Below are positions 15,125 to 23,952 of a stretch of DNA of 32,000 bases, in pieces; position 1 is the first letter of the stretch, and every line of letters starts with the position of its first letter. The notes under the pieces were generated by a model, which had not been told where the DNA came from, made no database searches, and worked only from the letters and a program-made list of their open reading frames with translations. The position numbers were made by a program, and so were the translations under genes. Source of the stretch: Vulcanisaeta distributa DSM 14429 (GTDB lineage: Archaea > Thermoproteota > Thermoprotei > Thermoproteales > Thermocladiaceae); the NCBI RefSeq assembly GCF_000148385.1, contig NC_014537.1, forward strand, positions 750,001-782,000, given 5' to 3'.

Positions 15125-15619
15125 TCATTGGCTTCTCCTCTCATACTCAATCCTTAATTCCCTAGCGAGTTCCATTAATTTATTCAATAACTCATGCCTA
15201 ACGTCGAAAACCTCATGCATGGAAACTAACCGCCTATACTCCCTATCGAACCTCAGGAGCTCCCTTTTAACCCTCTCAACTTTTTGGGATCTAATCCTCT
15301 TAAGCAATGCCTCACCCCACGAGATGAGCCTCTGGCTGTCACTCTCCAACCTCCTAACTATCATAGGCCTAATGGCCTTAAACTGCTCATCAGTTAACTC
15401 AATAATGGCATATGCAAATTCACCCTCAAAACCCCTCTCCATTATGTCAATCAACTCCTCCTTAATACTCAACAACCTCCTCTCCAAGTCCTGCCTAGGT
15501 AACCAGGAAATAACCACATTAGGCAGTATTGAAAGCCCTGAATTGGCTAAATGCCTACTCACTAATCCCTGAACCTCATCACTACTTACATACATTATTA
15601 TCAATACGAACTGCTTCAT
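15125..15619 (-). CDS. hypothetical protein (N-terminal beta-alpha-beta ferredoxin-like pattern plus C-terminal Arg/Glu-rich helices)
   Basis: 164 aa. Its start overlaps the upstream ORF stop by 4 nt (ATGA). FVLIIMYVSSDEVQGLVSRHLANSG...PNVVISWLPRQDLERRLLSIKEELIDIM loosely recalls the Cas2/VapD secondary-structure pattern. That resemblance is unverified. Confidence 0.45.
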   Translation of the reverse strand: MKQFVLIIMYVSSDEVQGLVSRHLANSGLSILPNVVISWLPRQDLERRLLSIKEELIDIMERGFEGEFAYAIIELTDEQFKAIRPMIVRRLESDSQRLISWGEALLKRIRSQKVERVKRELLRFDREYRRLVSMHEVFDVRHELLNKLMELARELRIEYERRSQ

Positions 15620-15966
15620 GGATCCTTCACGTATGTGCTTAGGACACTAATTATTAATTCCTTAATAAATGAATCCTCAACCTCACCCCTCAATAATATC
15701 CTCACGGATATTAACTCCCTACGTGATCCATCATCATAACCCACAAACTCCCACTCAAGGCCGTTTATAACGTCCCTACGATAAATTAACTGTGTATTGC
15801 CAACTTTAAGTGATTGATCAATTGGTAGATTCCACGGAGCAACAACATCAATACTAAGCACCCTCTCCTCACTACTAAGGCTCAGAAGCCTTGCCACTGA
15901 GGTATTCCCACATGCGTACTCCCTAATCTCACCCTTATTAATCACATCAATGTTCCCGCACCTCAC
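15616..15966 (-). CDS. hypothetical small protein
   Basis: 116 aa with a GTG start, translationally coupled to the downstream 164-aa ORF. No motif recognised. Confidence 0.4.
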   Translation of the reverse strand: MRCGNIDVINKGEIREYACGNTSVARLLSLSSEERVLSIDVVAPWNLPIDQSLKVGNTQLIYRRDVINGLEWEFVGYDDGSRRELISVRILLRGEVEDSFIKELIISVLSTYVKDP

Positions 15967-16020
15967 GGCTTAGCGACCTACTAAACTTCTTTTGATTTAT
16001 TACCTTAACTCAAAGAAAGA

Positions 16021-16029
16021 TTTAAATAC
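16021..16029 (+). promoter_or_regulatory. TATA-like box ATTTAAATA
   Basis: Centred about 33 nt upstream of ATG 16058. Confidence 0.4.
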
Positions 16030-16057
16030 TAAGTAATACTTGAAATACTTGATTAAC

Positions 16058-16513
16058 ATGTCCAGCAGTTCAAGCGGTAGTGAGGAGAGTGGTGAGAAGA
16101 AGACTGTGACTATTAGGGGATTAAATACTGACATTTATGACAGAGTAAGCAGGCTTGCCAGAGAAACTGGAACCACAATAGGTGAGATAGTGAATGAGGC
16201 ACTCAGGAGATACATAACGACCCTAGAGAACATATCTAAAGCCATTGATAACATGATTAGGGCCGGCGATGTTGTTGTAATTAGCGGTGTATCCTCATTA
16301 ACCGTAACTAGGGCTGATCTTGAGACTTTAGACAAGCCTGTGGTTTTTAAGGACATGGATGAGCTCATCTTCGCCGATGATGTTAATAACGATATCATAA
16401 AGAGTAAGGTTGCAAGGATAGTTAATGTGAATACTGTTTACGTGCCCAAGTCCGTATCAACGCTATTAATAGCCTCAAAGAGCGAGCTTGTTAAGAAGAT
16501 TGTTCCTAGATGA
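16058..16513 (+). CDS. ribbon-helix-helix (CopG/Arc-like) domain protein with C-terminal domain of unknown function
   Basis: KKTVTIRGLNTDIYDRVSRLARETGTTIGEIVNEALRRYI fits the RHH beta-alpha-alpha pattern. Track ORF begins at TTG 16040; I prefer ATG 16058 given the TATA box. Confidence 0.5.
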   Translation: MSSSSSGSEESGEKKTVTIRGLNTDIYDRVSRLARETGTTIGEIVNEALRRYITTLENISKAIDNMIRAGDVVVISGVSSLTVTRADLETLDKPVVFKDMDELIFADDVNNDIIKSKVARIVNVNTVYVPKSVSTLLIASKSELVKKIVPR

Positions 16514-16549
16514 TTAACCTTTAATTAGGGCGTACCTGTTAAAAATTAC

Positions 16550-17464
16550 GTGAAGGTTCTTGTTGTTGGTATTGGTTCAATGGGCCTAAACCACATTAAG
16601 GTATTGATGCAATTGAAGAAGGAGGGCTTAGTTACTGAGGTTTACGCCGTAGACATTGATAGGCAGAGACTTGAGGCAGTTAAGGGTCAGGGCGTTGACC
16701 TAACGTTCACTGATTATCATGACGCCATAAAGTATAAGCCGGACCTGGGCATAATAGCTGTTCCAACAACGCTCCACTATTCAGTGGCAAGTGAGTTGAT
16801 GAATCACATGGACTTATTAATAGAGAAGCCCGTCACGGAGAGACTCGACGAGGCCCTGGACCTATACCGTAAATCAAAGATCCTCGGTAGGAAAATTCTG
16901 GTTGGCCACATTGAAAGATTCAACCCAGTGTATAAGGCTTTAATTAATGATGTTAATAATGAGAGACCCATTTATGTGGAGTCCATGAGAATTAATAGGC
17001 TTAGGGGTAATCCGCAATCATATGGTAATGTGCTCCTTGATCTTGGCATTCACGATATAGACCTCGTGCTTGACATGGTTAATGAGGATAAGGTAAGGGT
17101 CCTAAGCACGGTACTTAGGGGTAACCCAATCACAACCGCGTGGGCCTTACTTAGTATTGGCGATATTATATACGTCCTCCATGCATCCTGGGACTATGAG
17201 GTTAGGGTTAGGAAGATCCACGTTACGTTAAGAAATAGGTATTACGAGGCCGACTTATTAAATAGGGTGTTAATTCGTGATGGGACTAGGCATGTAGTTG
17301 AGGGGCCTGATCAGCTAAGGCAGGAGTTAATACATGTGTTGAGTGTCTTAAGGGGTGTTGAGAGGCCGATCATAGATATAACTGATGGCATTAAGGCATT
17401 GGCTGTGGTTAATGGTATTCTCACAAATAGCCCCATTATAGACTTAGGCGAGTTACTAACGTGA
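16550..17464 (+). CDS. Gfo/Idh/MocA family NAD(P)-dependent oxidoreductase
   Basis: N-terminal Rossmann MKVLVVGIGSMGLNH, IAVPTTLH, and the LIEKPV (EKP) motif. Confidence 0.75.
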   Translation: MKVLVVGIGSMGLNHIKVLMQLKKEGLVTEVYAVDIDRQRLEAVKGQGVDLTFTDYHDAIKYKPDLGIIAVPTTLHYSVASELMNHMDLLIEKPVTERLDEALDLYRKSKILGRKILVGHIERFNPVYKALINDVNNERPIYVESMRINRLRGNPQSYGNVLLDLGIHDIDLVLDMVNEDKVRVLSTVLRGNPITTAWALLSIGDIIYVLHASWDYEVRVRKIHVTLRNRYYEADLLNRVLIRDGTRHVVEGPDQLRQELIHVLSVLRGVERPIIDITDGIKALAVVNGILTNSPIIDLGELLT

Positions 17465-17815
17465 GAAGTCAATGATTGACCTAACCCTAACAATGTACCT
17501 ACTTGCCAAGTCCTCAGCCCACCTAGGGAGTTTAAGCGTCGTAATTACCTCATTGATTAGAGCCTCGGCATCATCGCAATCACTTAATCCCTGATCCCTA
17601 CAAATCTTAACCAAGTACTTACTCCTAGCCTCAAACAGATCCCTGTCCATGGCGACCCTATTACAGTCATGGTCATAAGTCCAGCCCCTTTTAAGATCCC
17701 TCAGGTGCAGGAGTAAGTGCGCTACAATCCTGCTTAAGTCCATGGGGCCAGGCGCAACGTAAATGCCCTCATTAACGGCATAGCAACTACCACGTCCCAT
17801 GTATATATTTGGCAT
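17456..17815 (-). CDS. hypothetical protein
   Basis: 119-aa ORF, convergent with and overlapping the oxidoreductase gene by 9 nt. No motif recognised. Confidence 0.4.
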   Translation of the reverse strand: MPNIYMGRGSCYAVNEGIYVAPGPMDLSRIVAHLLLHLRDLKRGWTYDHDCNRVAMDRDLFEARSKYLVKICRDQGLSDCDDAEALINEVITTLKLPRWAEDLASRYIVRVRSIIDFSR

Positions 17816-17908
17816 TAAGTGATTACGTTGTCGTTAATAAATAAGGGTATCGCTTTTAATAACTGAGGATCATCGACACAATTAGACCGGGATAAACAAC
17901 GACCGTAC

Positions 17909-17984
17909 TGGTGGGCCCGCCGGGATTTGAACCCGGGATCTCCCGCGCGTGAGGCGGGCATCCTAACCGCTAGACTACGGGCCC
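17909..17984 (-). tRNA. tRNA-Val (anticodon CAC), CCA encoded
   Basis: The reverse complement folds as GGGCCCG-TA-GTCT-AGCGGTTA-GGAT-G-CCCGC-CTCACGC-GCGGG-AGATC-CCGGG-TTCAAAT-CCCGG-CGGGCCC-A-CCA. A TATA-like CTTTAAAA lies about 25-30 nt upstream on the minus strand. Confidence 0.9.
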
Positions 17985-18197
17985 TATCTCCATCAACTTA
18001 ATGTAGTTTTAAAGTATTTTTCCTCATGGTTGTTTTAATGATGTCATTAATGTTGTTTCGTCTATTCGTCTATGTTAGCTGTTATATTGTTAATCCTATG
18101 CTCGTTTCTTTTGGAGTTTATTACATTGGTTAACTTTGTAAGTTATGTTAACTGGATGGTATGTCTTATATTTGAAACTGTTTTTTGGCTGGTTGTT

Positions 18198-18524
18198 ATG
18201 AATAGGAGAATTCAGGTTGATGGGCTTCCCTATAGGACTCGTGTTTATGTTAATAACCAGGTCTTAATACCGTCTGAGTTAGTTAGGCTTCTTGGTATTG
18301 AGAAAAGCCTGTTTGCCAATGTGGTTATTAGGCATGAGGGTAGGATAATCAACATTAATGGTGTTAAGCTTCTCCGTAATAGGCGCGCAACCTCTAGGCA
18401 GTTCACGATTCCTAGGGAGGTCAGGGAGACCTACGGGATTAAGCCTCTTGACGAGATTGAAATCGTGAGTATAGAGCCTGTCGAGGCCATTAGTAATAGG
18501 AGAAATGCCATATTAAATTCATGA
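18198..18524 (+). CDS. AbrB/SpoVT-type DNA-binding protein with two swapped-hairpin repeats
   Basis: QVLIPSELVRLLGIEKSLFANVVI and FTIPREVRETYGIKPLDEIEIV match the AbrB/MazE pattern. Track ORF starts at 18072, adding a 42-aa hydrophobic extension derived from T-rich DNA; I prefer ATG 18198. Confidence 0.6.
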   Translation: MNRRIQVDGLPYRTRVYVNNQVLIPSELVRLLGIEKSLFANVVIRHEGRIININGVKLLRNRRATSRQFTIPREVRETYGIKPLDEIEIVSIEPVEAISNRRNAILNS

Positions 18525-18980
18525 ACCTTTCCTCCTCTCTCGCTCCATGATTTTCACGGCGCTTATGTATAGTATTATTGCGGCCGGTATATAATATAGT
18601 GGTAGCCCTCCATGTATTGGTATTGTTGGGTAAGTGAATATATGCAAGCTCCTAATGTAGCCCCAGGAATGTGGTATATGGCCGATAAAGAGCCAGAACA
18701 TGGCGTCCTCACTCCACACGGCAACATCGGCCGCGAATAACCACTGCCAGAAATCACCAAAGGCTATCCAGGGTATCGCGAGTACTATGGCAACGCCAAT
18801 CCTGTAAAGCCACATGCCAAGCCATGGGTGATAATGAACAAGGGCTAGGTACCAGGAATTTGTTGGATCATGGTGAAATGCGTACACAAGCTCAGGTAAT
18901 ATCATGGCCTCAATCATTGCATAGCCTATGCCAGTCATTAATGGTGGTATTGTCAGTTTAGCCCAATTAACCATTCTCAA
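18519..18980 (-). CDS. integral membrane protein (hypothetical)
   Basis: 153 aa with multiple Trp/His-rich hydrophobic helices. No family recognised. Confidence 0.5.
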   Translation of the reverse strand: MRMVNWAKLTIPPLMTGIGYAMIEAMILPELVYAFHHDPTNSWYLALVHYHPWLGMWLYRIGVAIVLAIPWIAFGDFWQWLFAADVAVWSEDAMFWLFIGHIPHSWGYIRSLHIFTYPTIPIHGGLPLYYIPAAIILYISAVKIMERERRKGS

Positions 18981-19061
18981 TCATCTGGAAAGTGAATACC
19001 CTTATTAACCTTGCTGTCCTATCATTATTATTTACCCCTCCTACTAAGTTCTATTCTCTAT

Positions 19062-20894
19062 TTATCGACCACCTGCCTCTTCTCTCTCCTCGGTACTTAT
19101 ATAGTAGTAATACTCACCAATACTTCTCTGAAGCCTATCCAGGTATGAATCCCTCTTATTAATCCTCGGTCTACCCACCTGGGGCTCTCTCCTAAACGTC
19201 ACGTCCTGACTCTTAAGGAACTCATTCATACCGGTCCTCAGGTCGGTCGGCGGCTCCGCAACACCATGCCTACCCGGCTCACCTAGGAATACCATAACTG
19301 ACGTGCTTAGATAATCAATCATTGTTATATCATGCTCAATTACTAGGGCAACAACATCCCCCTCCTCAATTATTCTCCTAATCACGGATGCCACCCTAAC
19401 CCTCTGTTCAATGTCCAGATAGGCCATTGGTTCATCAAGTAAGTAAACCTCAGCATCCCTGAGCAACGATCCGGCAACGACGACCCTCTGAAGCTCACCG
19501 CCACTGAGACTCGATAATTCCCTGTCCATTAAGGGCGTCAATGATAACCCATTGGCGAGGTCGGGCCATATTATCTTTGACGTGAAGTCACTACCAACGA
19601 CCATAGCTAAGTACTCCCTAACGGTCTTATCACCATACTTAACGGCTAAGTCCCTAACGTACTGAGGCTTATAACTAATTCTGACCTCACCATGTGGTAT
19701 CACAACCCCTGAGTCAGGTTCCAACTCATTAACGAGGAGCCTAGCAAAGGTGGTCTTACCAATTCCATTAGGGCCTAATACGCCGATAACCTCACCCCTA
19801 TGTATGACCCCAGCCTTAACCTCAAGCTCGAAGTCCCCAAGCCTCTTCACTAGGTCTGTCCACTCAAGAAGCACCTTCTCCTTCTGTATAGGCCTCGGAG
19901 CTGGCTTAACCCTAAACTTAATGGGCTCCCTCCTAATCAGCATGTTCTCACTGGTTAGGTAACCATTAAGATACTCATTAATCCCCTCCCTCGCACCCCT
20001 CATATGCGACACAATACCGTAGGCGCCAGGCTTACCGTAGAGAATAACCACCTGATCCGCCAGGTAATCTAATACGGCTAAGTCATGGTCAATCACGATA
20101 ACATACTTATTACCACCAGCAATATCCTTAATAGCCTCGGCAACCCTCAATCTCTCAACAATGTCGAGGTGGGTCGTCGGCTCATCGAATATGTACGTAT
20201 CGGCATTCCTAAGCAGCGCCGCTGCAATGGCGAGTCTCTGGAGCTCACCACCACTCAATTTACTAACATCCCTATTAAGTAGGTGCGTGAGATTTAGTTT
20301 CTCGGCAATCTTACGCACGCTCTCCTCATTACCGCCTATCTTCATTAGTACGTCTTTGACGGTACCCTTAACGTACATGGGTATTAACTCGATGTATTGA
20401 GGCTTATGAACAACCTTGACCTCACCTTTATAAAGTCTCGTTAAGTATGGCTGTAGCTCCGTACCCCTGAAGAACCTTATTATGTCCTCCGTGGCCACCT
20501 GCGAGTTAGCGCATAGGTTAGGCCTTAATTCGCCAGCAAGTATCTTGGCTATTGTTGTCTTACCCATTGCGTTCTGACCGATTATTCCGAGCACCCTGCC
20601 GGGCTTGGGCATGGGCAGTCTAAACAGTTTAAAGCCGCTGGGGCCGTATTGATGGACGCAATCCTCGCCCAACTCACTTGGTAAATTAACAATGGTTATC
20701 GCCTCGAAGGGGCACTTCCTAACGCATATGCCGCAGGCCGTGCATAGGTCAGTAATGACTGGATGGCCCAACTGCTCATCCATGTATATTGCCCTCTTAC
20801 CACTCCTCACGATTGGGCAGAACCTAATGCACTCTTGGCTACACTTCCTTGGTTGGCATAAGTCCTTATCAACCACTGCTACCCTGACGGGCAT
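19062..20894 (-). CDS. abce1: ABCE1 / RNase L inhibitor-type ribosome recycling ATPase
   Basis: N-terminal Fe-S cysteine clusters (CQPRKCSQECIRFCP; CTACGICVRKCP). Two ABC domains with Walker A GIIGQNAMGKTT and GVLGPNGIGKTT, and two LSGGELQR signatures. Confidence 0.9.
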   Translation of the reverse strand: MPVRVAVVDKDLCQPRKCSQECIRFCPIVRSGKRAIYMDEQLGHPVITDLCTACGICVRKCPFEAITIVNLPSELGEDCVHQYGPSGFKLFRLPMPKPGRVLGIIGQNAMGKTTIAKILAGELRPNLCANSQVATEDIIRFFRGTELQPYLTRLYKGEVKVVHKPQYIELIPMYVKGTVKDVLMKIGGNEESVRKIAEKLNLTHLLNRDVSKLSGGELQRLAIAAALLRNADTYIFDEPTTHLDIVERLRVAEAIKDIAGGNKYVIVIDHDLAVLDYLADQVVILYGKPGAYGIVSHMRGAREGINEYLNGYLTSENMLIRREPIKFRVKPAPRPIQKEKVLLEWTDLVKRLGDFELEVKAGVIHRGEVIGVLGPNGIGKTTFARLLVNELEPDSGVVIPHGEVRISYKPQYVRDLAVKYGDKTVREYLAMVVGSDFTSKIIWPDLANGLSLTPLMDRELSSLSGGELQRVVVAGSLLRDAEVYLLDEPMAYLDIEQRVRVASVIRRIIEEGDVVALVIEHDITMIDYLSTSVMVFLGEPGRHGVAEPPTDLRTGMNEFLKSQDVTFRREPQVGRPRINKRDSYLDRLQRSIGEYYYYISTEEREEAGGR

Positions 20895-20994
20895 TATTGA
20901 CGGTTTAGGAGGTACTAAGTGAAATTAAACCTTATGCCCTGGGTAATTATGCTGAGAGTAATACTAATAAGATTTGGCATTTACGGCATGGTTA

Positions 20995-21675
20995 ATGAAT
21001 TTTGGGGTTGAGCGCAAACACCTCTACGTAGCGTTGGTGCTGTACCTGCTATACATCCTACTAACGGCTTACGTAGTTACAAGCGGAGAAAGCAATTCAT
21101 TAAATACATACTTATTCTTCGTGATTTTTAACAATAAAATACCTCAATTAACGCCCCTATTCACGGTGATTAGCGTTGATGATTATGGTAGAGCATTCTT
21201 CTGGATACCCGTGGCATTAATACTCTGGTACCTAGGCGGTAAGTATAGGAGGGCTAGTGTTCTCATGGTTTCAGCCTTCATAATAAGCCTAATAGTTGGT
21301 GAATTAATGAAGCACGTACTATACGAGCCAAGGCCATTCTTGGTACTACACATAACACCGCTGATTCACGAACAACCGGACTCCTCATACCCATCAGGCC
21401 ACGCATTAATCGTTAGTACAGGAGCATATGCAGCAATAATGGCGTTACCCTGGTACGTATCACTGCCTCTAACCGTGGAGGCATTGCTCGTGTCTTATGG
21501 TAGGATTTACGTTGGCGTTCACTGGCCACTGGACGTGATAGCAGGTTGGTTATTGGGAATGGCTAATGTTGAGCTTGTACTTGCCCTACCCTGGTACTAC
21601 GACATTATTCATGCAATAATGAGAAAGCTACTTGGTTGGTTGAGCTATAGGCCTGAGGGTTCTACGACCAATTAA
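20995..21675 (+). CDS. PAP2 superfamily phosphatase (membrane)
   Basis: The three PAP2 motifs KHVLYEPRP, PSGH and GRIYVGVHWPLDV, plus several TM helices. Track start is TTG 20974; the first ATG is at 20995. Confidence 0.8.
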   Translation: MNFGVERKHLYVALVLYLLYILLTAYVVTSGESNSLNTYLFFVIFNNKIPQLTPLFTVISVDDYGRAFFWIPVALILWYLGGKYRRASVLMVSAFIISLIVGELMKHVLYEPRPFLVLHITPLIHEQPDSSYPSGHALIVSTGAYAAIMALPWYVSLPLTVEALLVSYGRIYVGVHWPLDVIAGWLLGMANVELVLALPWYYDIIHAIMRKLLGWLSYRPEGSTTN

Positions 21676-22419
21676 GATATAGCCCGTATGGGCATTAACC
21701 CAGGTCTGAGGTCTAACCTCATCAGGTTCAGTCTTCCATTCCCTGACCATGACATCGAACATTCTAACATCGACATAGCCGTAATCACTCATTGCCCTAA
21801 GCACCTTAATGACCTGGTTAACCGTGGGCACGTACACCACTAGAACGCCATCAAATCTCAAAGCCTCCGTTGCCCTGGGTATTGCATTCCAGGGATCACC
21901 CATATCTAGTATCACGGCATCTAAATCCCTCTCGAGAAATCCATCACTGATCACATCCCTTAGCTTTAATTCAACCCAATCTAGAAGCCCAAGCATCTCG
22001 AGGTTCTTCCTGGCAATACTTATCGCATCCTCTCTCTTATCATAACCGTAGACTCTACCGTTGGGTCTGACGTAATAGGCAAGCATGGCGGTCATAAACC
22101 CACTCCCAACACCAGCCTCCGCAACCCTACTGCCAGGGCCAATCCCCGCATTGATTATTATTTGAGCCGCATCCTTTGGGTAAATAACCTGTGTAACCCT
22201 ATCAGCCCTCTCGAGTAGGATATCCGTAATTAATGGCCTCAGTACTGCGAGGTCATAGCCCAGGTTGGTTTTTATTAAGGTGCCGTACTCCTGGTTAATA
22301 ATATCATCGGCATTTATGACGCCCCTTATCGTGCTTATTCTAGAACCCCTAGCTACCTTAATCACTGACCTAACACCATCACCAACAATCAACACATAAT
22401 CCCCTTCCTTAATGGGCAT
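21628..22419 (-). CDS. trmI: tRNA (adenine-N1)-methyltransferase TrmI/Gcd14 family
   Basis: SAM-binding VAEAGVGSGFMTAML, an N-terminal small beta domain (GDYVLIVGDG...), and DAVILDMGDPW. Confidence 0.8.
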   Translation of the reverse strand: MPIKEGDYVLIVGDGVRSVIKVARGSRISTIRGVINADDIINQEYGTLIKTNLGYDLAVLRPLITDILLERADRVTQVIYPKDAAQIIINAGIGPGSRVAEAGVGSGFMTAMLAYYVRPNGRVYGYDKREDAISIARKNLEMLGLLDWVELKLRDVISDGFLERDLDAVILDMGDPWNAIPRATEALRFDGVLVVYVPTVNQVIKVLRAMSDYGYVDVRMFDVMVREWKTEPDEVRPQTWVNAHTGYILIGRRTLRPIAQPTK

Positions 22420-22453
22420 ACTTCTCTCAAGCCATTGATTAATGTGGGTTTAT

Positions 22454-23056
22454 TTATGGATTTTTACGGGAATACTCATCAACGACCTGCTCAATGTATT
22501 GCATGAATTCCTCGAGGGTTCCCTTAACCAATCCCTTCTTAAACAAATCATTCCACCTATTAATGACTTCTCTAAATTCGGTCTTAGCCCTTACAGCATC
22601 ACCTATTGATGAGATCTCAACCTTAAAGTTCGCATAACCACCCTTATTAATCCCTGGGCAATACCCAAGGGCCTTATCATAAACCTCAAACTTAACCACG
22701 CCATTATCAAGCCAATAAATGAATGGGTAGTACCTGCATACGTTAGGCTTTACAGGATGTATTGAGCAAATTAGCTTCTCGCCAATCCACTTATTGAATA
22801 TGCACGTGCCATCAAGCCTCTTCTTAAGTACTAAGTAGTACTCACCATCCCTAAGCCTTATTACTGGCTCATCCCAATCAGCAGCCATTTCCTTTGGGAA
22901 TAGGGCTAGGAATTCCCGAGGTTTCATCCCCGTATACCTGGCAATTCTAATAACATCTCTATGCGTCACTGGTATCCAATAACGCCTGCAGCACTCGCCG
23001 CATAATACGCAGGTGAATCTAACCCTTGGGAATTCTGCTTTTACTGCGGTGCTCAT
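22454..23056 (-). CDS. YkgJ-family (UPF0153) cysteine-cluster protein
   Basis: N-terminal CVLCGECCRRY (CxxCxxCC) and further conserved Cys (CIFN, CSIHPVKPNVCRYYPF). Confidence 0.7.
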   Translation of the reverse strand: MSTAVKAEFPRVRFTCVLCGECCRRYWIPVTHRDVIRIARYTGMKPREFLALFPKEMAADWDEPVIRLRDGEYYLVLKKRLDGTCIFNKWIGEKLICSIHPVKPNVCRYYPFIYWLDNGVVKFEVYDKALGYCPGINKGGYANFKVEISSIGDAVRAKTEFREVINRWNDLFKKGLVKGTLEEFMQYIEQVVDEYSRKNP

Positions 23057-23089
23057 AATTGATTTTAACAGGGGATTTTAAGTGGCTTA

Positions 23090-23833
23090 TTATGAGGATT
23101 GTGCTTGTGATGAGGACCCTTTAACCTCTTGCAGGTACTTACTTATCTCGTCAGTAGTTAATTTCCTAAATAGCCTTGTCTTTACATCAACAACGCCAAT
23201 CTCAAGCCTATCAGGCTCGGGGGCCTCAAGCACTAGACTGAGTGCCCTAATGGCTAGTTTTACGCACTCATCGAGGTTCATGTCATACTTATACTCTTTC
23301 TCGAGGAATTCCGTTATCCTTGATGACTCGGCGCCCATTGCAACGGCGTAAAAGCCGAAGTATATACCGCCTGGGTCTGTCTGAAATAGCCTTGGTCCAT
23401 GCTTATCAACACCGCCAACGATTAAGGCAGCTCCAAAGGGCCTCACACCACCATACTGCGTATGCATTTGCTTAAGATCACTGATTCTCTTGGTTAGTAA
23501 TTCCACGTCTATGGGTTCATCATAGAGCAATTTGTGAGTCTGCGCCTCCTGTCTTGCATATTCAATGAGCACCCTAGCATCTGATAAGAGGCCTGATGCT
23601 GCAATCCCAACGTGATCATCGATCATGTACACCTTCTCGATACTGCTCAGGTCAATTAACGCACTGACCTTCCTCTTCTCAGCGGCGAGTACAACACCAT
23701 CAACGCACTTAATACCGACTGTTGCCCAACCCCTCTTAACAGCCTCACCTGCGTACCTAACCTGGTATAGCTCACCCTCTGGGCTGAATATCGTTATGGC
23801 CCTATCATACCCATATACCTGTGGTGAGAACAT
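23090..23833 (-). CDS. psmA: proteasome subunit alpha
   Basis: N-terminal signature YDRAITIFSPEGELYQVRYA. 247 aa. Confidence 0.9.
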   Translation of the reverse strand: MFSPQVYGYDRAITIFSPEGELYQVRYAGEAVKRGWATVGIKCVDGVVLAAEKRKVSALIDLSSIEKVYMIDDHVGIAASGLLSDARVLIEYARQEAQTHKLLYDEPIDVELLTKRISDLKQMHTQYGGVRPFGAALIVGGVDKHGPRLFQTDPGGIYFGFYAVAMGAESSRITEFLEKEYKYDMNLDECVKLAIRALSLVLEAPEPDRLEIGVVDVKTRLFRKLTTDEISKYLQEVKGSSSQAQSS

Positions 23834-23860
23834 ACCCTTCGTTAATGCCTTATCAAGTGG

Positions 23861-23871
23861 GCTTTTTAAAT
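23861..23871 (-). promoter_or_regulatory. TATA-like element GCTTTTTAAAT (psmA promoter candidate)
   Basis: Centred about 33 nt upstream of the psmA ATG at 23833. Identical 11-mer to 23918-23928. Confidence 0.45.
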
Positions 23872-23917
23872 CAAACCTACTTAATTGTTTATTTTATGGC
23901 AGTGACTCGCCGCGTAA

Positions 23918-23928
23918 GCTTTTTAAAT
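23918..23928 (+). promoter_or_regulatory. TATA-like element GCTTTTTAAAT (promoter candidate for 23953 gene)
   Basis: Centred about 30 nt upstream of ATG 23953. Confidence 0.45.
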
Positions 23929-23952
23929 TAGTAATCGGGTCCGATATCGGAT

